DNA of 64,000 nucleotides from Bacilli bacterium (lineage in GTDB: Bacteria; Bacillota_I; Bacilli_A; RF39; UBA660), in assembly GCA_017433415.1 (NCBI GenBank), contig JAFRHI010000009.1:1723-65722 (forward strand). Direction: 5' to 3'. The notes beneath the pieces are model-generated. The model saw only the letters and a list, made by a program, of their open reading frames with translations, had not been told where the DNA came from and ran no database searches. Positions 9,894 through 17,645 of the stretch are shown here, piece after piece (position 1 is the stretch's first letter; each line of letters begins with the position of its first letter). A program made the translations under genes and the position numbers.

Positions 9894-9963
9894 GTCAGTT
9901 AGAGCAGTATAGAAGTACTAACTGATGTAGTATAGCATCTGCTAGTATAGGGATGCTTTTTTT
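9894..9963 (+). ncRNA. Candidate ~70-nt small RNA (two hairpins, intrinsic terminator)
   Basis: GTCAGTTAG/CTAACTGAT stem, AGCATC/GATGCT stem with T-run, three AGTATAG copies; directly after a promoter. Confidence 0.55.
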
Positions 9964-10120
9964 GTGCCTTAATTTATGATATACTATTAATAGAAAAAAA
10001 TATTAGAAAAAATAGTGAAAAAATTGATAAAATGTGATAAAATATTAATATGTGAAAATATAATAATTTACTTTAGGATTGTTCGTTATAGATTTAAAAA
10101 TATTAAGTGAGGGTTGTATT

Positions 10121-12271
10121 ATGAAAAAAGAAAGTCATTCTTCTAAAAAGAAAAAGTTAATAAATTTACATAGCATGAAATCAAAACAAGCATTTATAAT
10201 GCTTATCGTTATGCTAGTTCAAATATTTACACCAATTATGAAAGTTGAAGCAGTTACGCACGCAAATACTGGTAGAAGTAATTTTATAAATACTATTTTT
10301 AAAAAAGGTGATATGATAACAAATGATAGCACTCTTTCAAGGACTTGGTTATCCTATAATGGTGCAAACGCTGGTGGTATTTATAAAGATGAAATATTTT
10401 ATTTTAATTCTAATGGTTACTATGTGGTGTATGATGTTTCTCGAAATTCTTCTGCTTCTACTGTATTTTATACTGATTTATATCAAATCACTTTAAATAC
10501 AAATGGAAGTTCTGATTCTGATTCTACAATGCTTGTTAAGAAAGGAGATAAATATGAAAAACTAGTGCCAACTACATATGAATCTTATGCAACTGGAGTT
10601 GGCTTACCTACTCCAACAAGAGATAGTTATAGTTTTGGTGGATGGTATACTGAAGCAGAAGATGGAACACAAGTAACAAACGATACTACATTCAATGGAA
10701 CAAATAATACTACTCTATATGCACATTGGACATTTACTGGTGCTTCATATACAGTTAATGATAATTTAACATATAATGGAGAAGAACAAACAGGTATAAC
10801 ACTTAATAATTCAACTATTACAGCAGGAACAGATAAAGCAACAAATGTAGGAGATTACACAGCAACAGTAATACCAAATGAAGGATATACTTGGGAAGAT
10901 AACACAACAGAACCTAAAGAAGTAACTTGGAGTATAAGTCCTGCAGAGGTTACTATACCAACATTAAGTAATACTGCAAAATCGTTTACTGATTCTGAAC
11001 AATCTCCAACAATAACTGGTTATGATGAAAATACAATGACACAAACTGGAACAGCGAGTGCAAAAGATGCAGGAAATTATACAATTACTTGGAATTTAAA
11101 AGATAGTAATAATTATAAATGGAATGATGATACAATTACTGAAAAAAATGCTAACTGGAGTATAGGCACTGTTGATATACCAGATAGTATGATTAAGTTT
11201 GAAGATAATGAAGTTACTTATGATGGTGATGAACATTCAATTAAAATTACTGGAAATTTACCAGGTGGAACTATTGAATATTCAACTGATGGTGTAAATT
11301 ATTCTGAAACACTTCCAACATTTACTGATGTAGGAGAATATGCAATTTATTATAGAGCAAGTAAATCAAACTATAATGATAAAGTAGGAAGTAATACTTT
11401 AAAAATAAATCCAAAAGCATTAACTGAATATACAATTATTATTGAAAATCAAGTATATACAGGTGAAGAAATAAAACCTACAATAATTATTAAAGATGGA
11501 GATAGAATTGTTCCAAGTACTGAATATGAATTAGAGTTTGAAGATAATATCGGACCTGGAACTGGAAAAGTTATAGTTAAAAATAAAGATGGTGGAAATT
11601 ATATAATTTCAACTAAAAATGCAACATTTATGATAATAGATCCAGGTAAGGTAGAATTTATTGATCCTACTACTCCTAATTCAAATAATGCCAAAGTTAT
11701 TGAATCAGCTGATGAAGTAATTGCTAAAATAGATTTTACTGATGAAGATTTAGATAAAATAAATCAAGGAAAAAATATTGATGTATATTTAGAAGTAAAA
11801 GATATTAGTAATAGTATTTCAAGTAGTGATAAAAGTAAGATTGAAGAAAAACTTGGAAATGATAAATTAGGATTATATTTAGATGTTAGTTTATTTAAAA
11901 AAGTTGAGGGTGAAGAAGCAACAAAGATTACTGAAACAAAAACACCTATTACAATATCTTTTGAAATACCAGACGAATTAATAAATAAAGATTCAAATGT
12001 AGAAAGAACATTTAAAGTATTAAGATTACATGATGGTAATGTAGAAGAAATAGAAGTTAAAGTAAATGGAAATATTGCTACATTTGAAACTGATAAATTC
12101 TCAACATATGCATTAACTTACAATGATGTTATTACTACAAGTAATCCACATACTGGAGATAATATTGGAACATCATTTGTAATGCTTATTATTTCAAGTT
12201 TAGGTTTAATAAGTATATTAGGTTATACAGTTATTAGTAATAAAAGAAAATTAGTAAAAACTAATAATTAA
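10121..12271 (+). CDS. Sortase-anchored surface protein/adhesin with an InlB B-type repeat and repeated beta domains
   Basis: Signal peptide; LPTPTRDSYSFGGWY...TLYAHW repeat; TYNGEEQ/TYDGDEH/YTGEEI repeats; NPHTG + TM + basic tail. Confidence 0.85.
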   Translation: MKKESHSSKKKKLINLHSMKSKQAFIMLIVMLVQIFTPIMKVEAVTHANTGRSNFINTIFKKGDMITNDSTLSRTWLSYNGANAGGIYKDEIFYFNSNGYYVVYDVSRNSSASTVFYTDLYQITLNTNGSSDSDSTMLVKKGDKYEKLVPTTYESYATGVGLPTPTRDSYSFGGWYTEAEDGTQVTNDTTFNGTNNTTLYAHWTFTGASYTVNDNLTYNGEEQTGITLNNSTITAGTDKATNVGDYTATVIPNEGYTWEDNTTEPKEVTWSISPAEVTIPTLSNTAKSFTDSEQSPTITGYDENTMTQTGTASAKDAGNYTITWNLKDSNNYKWNDDTITEKNANWSIGTVDIPDSMIKFEDNEVTYDGDEHSIKITGNLPGGTIEYSTDGVNYSETLPTFTDVGEYAIYYRASKSNYNDKVGSNTLKINPKALTEYTIIIENQVYTGEEIKPTIIIKDGDRIVPSTEYELEFEDNIGPGTGKVIVKNKDGGNYIISTKNATFMIIDPGKVEFIDPTTPNSNNAKVIESADEVIAKIDFTDEDLDKINQGKNIDVYLEVKDISNSISSSDKSKIEEKLGNDKLGLYLDVSLFKKVEGEEATKITETKTPITISFEIPDELINKDSNVERTFKVLRLHDGNVEEIEVKVNGNIATFETDKFSTYALTYNDVITTSNPHTGDNIGTSFVMLIISSLGLISILGYTVISNKRKLVKTNN

Positions 12272-12319
12272 TCAAGGAGCTAGTAACAACTAGTTCCTTT
12301 TAATTTAGAGGTGGATATA

Positions 12320-13063
12320 ATGAAAAAGAAAAGGAAATTAAAAAAGAAAAATATAATAATTTTAATCATTATAATCATATTATTAGTTATATTTTGTATT
12401 TCATTAACTAATATAATTAATTGGAAAAAAGATAATGATGATAACCTAAAAATACAAGAAGATTTAAACCAGTATATAAAAGAAGAACCTAAAGAAGATG
12501 AAGAATACAAAATAGATTTTAAAGCATTAAAAGAACAAAATTCTGATGTAGTTGCATATTTAGAAGTTCCAAATACAAATATTAAATATGTAGTTGTTAA
12601 AGGAAAAGATAATGATTATTATTTAAAACATAACTTTAATAAAGAATATAATAATGCAGGATGGATATTTGCAGATTATAGAAATAAGTTTAATTTTACT
12701 GATTATAATATAATTATTTATGGTCATAATACAAGAGATGGATCTATGTTTGGAACTTTAAAAAATGTTTTAAATGAAGATTGGTTTAGTAATAAAGATA
12801 ATCACGAAATAGTATTAGTAACTGAAAATAGAATAAATAAATATCAAGTATTTTCAGTATATGAAGATAAAGCAAGTGATTACCCAATTACTACTGAATT
12901 TAAAAACGATAATGAATATCTTAAATTCTTAAAAACAATTAAGAAGAAAAGTAAATATGATTTTAATGTAGATGTATCAGAAGAAAAAAGTATTTTAACA
13001 TTATCAACTTGTGCCACTAATAATCAAAACAGAGTAACATTACATGCAATAAATATAAAATAA
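12320..13063 (+). CDS. srtB: Class B sortase
   Basis: N-terminal TM; DNDYYL, YGHN, TLSTC and catalytic Arg motifs; adjacent to an NPxTG substrate. Confidence 0.92.
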   Translation: MKKKRKLKKKNIIILIIIIILLVIFCISLTNIINWKKDNDDNLKIQEDLNQYIKEEPKEDEEYKIDFKALKEQNSDVVAYLEVPNTNIKYVVVKGKDNDYYLKHNFNKEYNNAGWIFADYRNKFNFTDYNIIIYGHNTRDGSMFGTLKNVLNEDWFSNKDNHEIVLVTENRINKYQVFSVYEDKASDYPITTEFKNDNEYLKFLKTIKKKSKYDFNVDVSEEKSILTLSTCATNNQNRVTLHAINIK

Positions 13064-13143
13064 AAAGCATTGAAATTTTAAGATATTATGATTTATGAGT
13101 AGATAGCCTCTACTCTTTCTTAAACACTTGTATAAAATAACTA

Positions 13144-13172
13144 TTGAAAAAATTGTCGTATTGTGGTATCAT
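13144..13172 (+). promoter_or_regulatory. sigma-A promoter
   Basis: TTGAAA, 17 bp, TATCAT with extended TG. Confidence 0.65.
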
Positions 13173-13178
13173 TAATTT

Positions 13179-13291
13179 GTGGTAAGCAATTACCACTGTT
13201 AAACCATTTTACTTTACTAAGCATCTCACTTCTTATATAGAGGTATGCAGTAAAGCCTTGATTAGTCGCTAGTACAGGACTAATTTTTTTT
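13179..13291 (+). ncRNA. Candidate ~110-nt structured RNA or leader with terminator
   Basis: GTGGTAA-GCAA-TTACCAC tetraloop hairpin, long CTTTACT...AGTAAAG stem, ATTAGTC/GACTAAT terminator with T-run. Confidence 0.55.
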
Positions 13292-13320
13292 ATAAGTGAT
13301 TTGACAGAAAGGCATTCTTT

Positions 13321-13563
13321 ATGGGTAAAAAAACTATTAAAAAAAATTATGAAGTTGAAGAAAGACTATTAGCATTAATCTTAATGGTTGATAATTTTGT
13401 TTTTGAATCATCTGCGTCACTTCCAGAAGAAGTTAGAAGATATACTTTTGATTATTTAAACAAATTAAAAGAATATGCAGGTATTGAAGAAAAGAAATAT
13501 ATTGATTGGGATATAACAGACATTAAGTATAATGTAGAATATGAATTTGAAAAAAATAATTAA
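13321..13563 (+). CDS. Hypothetical 80-aa protein
   Basis: GAAAGG RBS; followed by an AGGCAACT/AGTTGTCT hairpin with T-run. Confidence 0.6.
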   Translation: MGKKTIKKNYEVEERLLALILMVDNFVFESSASLPEEVRRYTFDYLNKLKEYAGIEEKKYIDWDITDIKYNVEYEFEKNN

Positions 13564-13622
13564 TTTATTTTAGGCAACTTTATTAGTTGTCTTTTTTTAT
13601 GCTTGAAAGGAGGAATTATTTA

Positions 13623-13880
13623 TTGAATAAAATTGGCAATATAATAAAACAAGAAAGATTAAAAAATAATTTAACATTAGAATCACTATCTAATATTTCT
13701 AATATATCTATATCTACTCTTAGTAAAATAGAAAATGATAAGATAAGAAATGTTAGTAGTGTTTTTTTATATAGGTTAAGTAAAATTTTAAATATAGATT
13801 ATAATTACTTAACTAGACAAAGGTGGGATATTCTTCCTACCTTTTTATATGAAAGGAATCACAGATTTGCAAGTAAATAA
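13623..13880 (+). CDS. Xre/Cro-family HTH regulator
   Basis: AAGGAGG RBS with TTG 13623; IKQERL...LT...LS....IS...LSKIEN motif. Confidence 0.85.
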   Translation: MNKIGNIIKQERLKNNLTLESLSNISNISISTLSKIENDKIRNVSSVFLYRLSKILNIDYNYLTRQRWDILPTFLYERNHRFASK

Positions 13881-14586
13881 ATTATATAACGAAGATTGTC
13901 TTGTAGGTCTTAAAAAAATACCAGATAATTCAGTAGATTTAGTTATTATAGATCCACCTTATGATATTTGTACTAAAGGTGGTAAAAAAGGATCTGGAAG
14001 ATTATGTTATGACTTAACTAAATTAGAAAATGAATTAAAAGAAAATAATTTAGTTAATGGATATGATTTATCTATACTAGATGAGCTTATTAGAGTTATG
14101 AAAGAAATTAATATCTATATCTGGTGTAATGGCAGACAGATACCTACATACTTAAAATATTTCGTTGATAAACTTGGTTGCAAATTAGAAATTATTATAT
14201 GGGGTAAAACGAATCCTATGCCCTTATATAGTAATAAGTATTTAGGTGATAAAGAATATTGTTTATATTTTAGAAAAGGTGGTTATTGTAAACCTAACTC
14301 TTATGAAGATGCTAAAACAATTTATTTATCTACTTTAAATGTAAAAGATAAGCAAATGTATGGTCATCCAACTATAAAGCCACTTCCTTTAATTAGAAAA
14401 TTAATAAGGAATAGTTCTAAAGAAAATGAAATAGTATTAGATTGCTTTATGGGTAGTGGTACAACTGCAGTTGCTAGTCTTTTAGAAAATAGAAAATATA
14501 TAGGATTTGAAATTAATAAAAAATATTATGATGTTGCTTTAAAAAGAATATCAGAAGTCAATAAGGAGGATGATATAAATGGCTAA
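13867..14586 (+). CDS. Orphan N4/N6 DNA methyltransferase (beta class)
   Basis: DPPY before HPTIKP and DCFMGSGTT; no cognate endonuclease nearby; TTG start after GAAAGGA. Confidence 0.9.
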   Translation: MQVNKLYNEDCLVGLKKIPDNSVDLVIIDPPYDICTKGGKKGSGRLCYDLTKLENELKENNLVNGYDLSILDELIRVMKEINIYIWCNGRQIPTYLKYFVDKLGCKLEIIIWGKTNPMPLYSNKYLGDKEYCLYFRKGGYCKPNSYEDAKTIYLSTLNVKDKQMYGHPTIKPLPLIRKLIRNSSKENEIVLDCFMGSGTTAVASLLENRKYIGFEINKKYYDVALKRISEVNKEDDING

Positions 14587-15034
14587 TAAATATGATGAAG
14601 TCAAAGAAAAACATCAAAAAATAGTTAATGAATTTCCAATGAAATTTGCTTTCTCTGATGAACAATTTAATCAAGGCATGAAAGAATTGGGATTAGATCC
14701 TAAAGATACTGATAAAGTTGTTTCTATTGGTGGAGGTGGTTTTATCAGAAAATCTGATGCTAAAAAGTTTGGTGATATGTGGGATTCACTTAGAAAAGAA
14801 CATAATGATTTAATAAATGCAGATAAAACTGGTGAGGGTTATATTAAAGATATGTTTGTAAGTGAACTTGAAAATCACGAGTATGGTTATACTTATGAAT
14901 TAGATGATACTTTAGATGCTTTAGAATTAACTAGAGAACAAATTGCTAATAGTCCTACTCTAAAACATGGATTAGAACTTGCTAGAAAAGAAGTTTTACA
15001 TAAAGAAAATGAGGTTGATTTAGATTATGAATAA
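14579..15034 (+). CDS. Conserved hypothetical phage/ICE protein
   Basis: FAFSDEQF, IGGGGF and EL.NHEY motifs; AAGGAGG RBS. Confidence 0.65.
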   Translation: MANKYDEVKEKHQKIVNEFPMKFAFSDEQFNQGMKELGLDPKDTDKVVSIGGGGFIRKSDAKKFGDMWDSLRKEHNDLINADKTGEGYIKDMFVSELENHEYGYTYELDDTLDALELTREQIANSPTLKHGLELARKEVLHKENEVDLDYE

Positions 15035-15251
15035 TATTGATGAAATAGATGAGAAATTTGATGATTTACAAACAATTCTACATTCATCTAAAGAATTTAG
15101 TTTTGAAGATGGTACTATCTTAAAATTAAGGCAGTATTATGGTAATAAAGAAGTTTATTTAGATTTATCTAAATTAGATATAGATATGTTTGAAAAACTT
15201 TATTATGATCCAGAAAAAGAATTAGATTCTGAGGAGGACTATGATTTATAG
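15027..15251 (+). CDS. Small acidic hypothetical protein
   Basis: GAGGT RBS; overlaps the previous stop. Confidence 0.55.
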   Translation: MNNIDEIDEKFDDLQTILHSSKEFSFEDGTILKLRQYYGNKEVYLDLSKLDIDMFEKLYYDPEKELDSEEDYDL

Positions 15252-15275
15252 CAATAGATTAACGAGGGATAGATT

Positions 15276-17318
15276 ATGAATTTATCCCTTTTAATTTTAT
15301 TGCTTGTTATTTTTATTTTCATTATAGGTTTTATGTATATAGAGCCTATTATATCTAAACATAAAATAAAAAATAATAATGAATATGGATCTGCAAGGTT
15401 TTCTACTGAAGCAGAAATAAATAAGTATTTTACTAAAGAAAAAATTTCAAATATTAATGAAGTTGGTTTTCCAGTATATTATGATAAAAATGTATCTCAT
15501 GTATGGTTTGATAAAGAAACACCACACTATGTTTATTTAGGATCAAGTGGATCTGGTAAAAGTGTTACTTGTGTTATTAATATGGTAACTTTTATAGCAA
15601 ATGCTAAAAAATCAAGAAGTGTCTTTGTAACTGATCCTAAAGGTGAAATATACCAAACAACTTCTAAAATGTTACATGATAAAGGATATAAAGTTTTAAC
15701 AATAGATTTTAGACATCCAGAATTATCTAATCATATAAATATATTAGAGCCTATCATTCGTGAATATGAAAACTATATTAAATATGAAAAATTGGCTAAT
15801 GAAACAAACGAAGAAAATTTAAAACTAGAATATCAAAATAAATCTATATCTAGTTATGCAGAAACAAATAGATTAATTACATCTCTAGCATCTATGATTA
15901 CTTATGATAAAACACAAGGTAAAGATCCTTTTTGGAATAATAGTGCTAAAAACTTATTAGAGGGTTTAATTGGATTCTTTTTAGAAGAATATAAAGATAA
16001 TAAAATTAAAAGAGAACAAATTACTATGACTTCTATTCGTAAGTTTCAAAACTCTACTATGGAAGATAAAAACTCTAAAAAGTTTAAATTTTATATAGAA
16101 CAAAAACCTTATGGATCTAAGTCTAAAGATAGTTTAATACCTATACTTTCATCTAGTGAAAATACATATAAATCTATTACTAGTGTTTTCTCAGAAAAAA
16201 TGGCAATATTTGATGATGTCAATGTTGCTAATGTTACTAGTAAATCAGATTTTGATTTTGATATTTTAGGTAAAGAAAAATCAGCTATCTTTTGTATCAT
16301 TCCAGATGAAGATAAAATTTATTATTCTTTAGTTACTATTATATTAGGTTTACTTTATAAAGAATTAGTAAAACTTGCTAACTCTACTGATAGTAAAAAA
16401 GTTCCAGTAGAAATTGATTGGATTTGTGATGAATTTAGTAATTGCCCACCATTAATTGAGCCAAGCATAGAGTCCATAATTAGTGTGGCTAGATCCAGAG
16501 GACTTCGTTATCACTTATTTATACAAAGTTTAAGTCAATTAGATAATGTATATGGTAAGGAAGTAGCACAAATAATACTTGATAACTCTGGACTTGCTTA
16601 TCTAAAAACTAATACAATGGATACTGCAGAGGCTATCAGTAAAAGACTTGGTAAGAAAACTATTGAAGCAAATTCTATAAGTCAATCTGTTAGTTTGATG
16701 AATTACAATGGCAATAAATCTACTTCATTAATTGCTCGTGATTTATTAACACCAGATGAAGTTAAGAATCTGCATTATAAAACAATTATATTTCCAAATA
16801 TAGGTTATCCAATATTTAGGGACACTGTCATCTATAAAAAATTGTCTTGCTATTCTAAAGGTGAATTACCTAGAAAAATTACACCTTTAAAAGATTTAAG
16901 CAATACTTATTTTGTAGTTGAAAATATAGAATCTAAATATGATAGATTAACTAGAAATAGAATTAATAAGAGTATATATAAAGAAGAAATATCTGCTTAT
17001 GATAAATTTAAAGAAGAAGAAATTGCAAAATTAAATAACATCGTTGAAGTTATTCAAAATTTACTAAAAGATAAAATTAGTTTATTTGAATATAAAGAAA
17101 ATAATAATCGTACTTTTGCTAGTTTTGAATTAAAAGAAAAATTAACTACAAAAGAATTAACTTTTATAAAAGGTAAAGTAAATAAAGAAGTATTTCATAT
17201 TGAAATAGACAATGGAAATAATACTAAATCTACAATAGAAATTCATTTAAAGAATCCACTTGAAAAAGATAATACTCTACAAAAAGAGCTAATAAATTCA
17301 AGTGGTAATAATGAATAA
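15276..17318 (+). CDS. virD4: VirD4/TraG type IV coupling protein
   Basis: N-terminal TM; YGSARF, GSSGSGKS, TDPKGE, DPFW, DEF and QSLSQL motifs. Confidence 0.93.
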   Translation: MNLSLLILLLVIFIFIIGFMYIEPIISKHKIKNNNEYGSARFSTEAEINKYFTKEKISNINEVGFPVYYDKNVSHVWFDKETPHYVYLGSSGSGKSVTCVINMVTFIANAKKSRSVFVTDPKGEIYQTTSKMLHDKGYKVLTIDFRHPELSNHINILEPIIREYENYIKYEKLANETNEENLKLEYQNKSISSYAETNRLITSLASMITYDKTQGKDPFWNNSAKNLLEGLIGFFLEEYKDNKIKREQITMTSIRKFQNSTMEDKNSKKFKFYIEQKPYGSKSKDSLIPILSSSENTYKSITSVFSEKMAIFDDVNVANVTSKSDFDFDILGKEKSAIFCIIPDEDKIYYSLVTIILGLLYKELVKLANSTDSKKVPVEIDWICDEFSNCPPLIEPSIESIISVARSRGLRYHLFIQSLSQLDNVYGKEVAQIILDNSGLAYLKTNTMDTAEAISKRLGKKTIEANSISQSVSLMNYNGNKSTSLIARDLLTPDEVKNLHYKTIIFPNIGYPIFRDTVIYKKLSCYSKGELPRKITPLKDLSNTYFVVENIESKYDRLTRNRINKSIYKEEISAYDKFKEEEIAKLNNIVEVIQNLLKDKISLFEYKENNNRTFASFELKEKLTTKELTFIKGKVNKEVFHIEIDNGNNTKSTIEIHLKNPLEKDNTLQKELINSSGNNE

Positions 17319-17358
17319 CTTAATTAACTAGTTCATATTTTTAACTGGAGGCTATTCC

Positions 17359-17604
17359 ATGTTAGAAAATGATATAGAAGTTAGATTTAGTACAAAACAT
17401 TTACCTTTTGAATATAAATTACTTGAATATAGATTAATTATTAATAAAGAGTTATACGATGAAAAAGTAATTGATCTTAGAACATATAATGAAATGGAAA
17501 ATTCTATTATATCTAGATTAAAAAAAATTAGAAATGAATATTCCCAAAGTACTGAGGATGATTTGACAATGTTAAACAAGAGAGGTAACATGCAATCATC
17601 CTAG
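17359..17604 (+). CDS. Small helical (SHOCT-like) protein upstream of the recombinase; candidate recombination directionality factor
   Basis: GGAGG RBS; L...KVID...Y..M pattern; position typical of accessory genes of Firmicute serine recombinases. Confidence 0.5.
   Translation: MLENDIEVRFSTKHLPFEYKLLEYRLIINKELYDEKVIDLRTYNEMENSIISRLKKIRNEYSQSTEDDLTMLNKRGNMQSS
17563..17591 (+). promoter_or_regulatory. sigma-A-like promoter for the recombinase, embedded in the upstream ORF
   Basis: TTGACA (17563), 17 bp, TAACAT (17586). Confidence 0.6.
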
Positions 17605-17645
17605 TTATCTTGGGTTTCAAGAACACATGAAAGGAAGTGTTATAT

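Noticed and set aside
14072-14080. CTATACTAG in the methyltransferase gene is complementary to the loop of the 70-nt RNA
   Set aside because: A 9-nt match is expected by chance in AT-rich DNA and lies mid-CDS
13623-14586. Complete restriction-modification system with a C-protein
   Set aside because: No endonuclease-like ORF adjacent; an orphan protective methyltransferase is more likely
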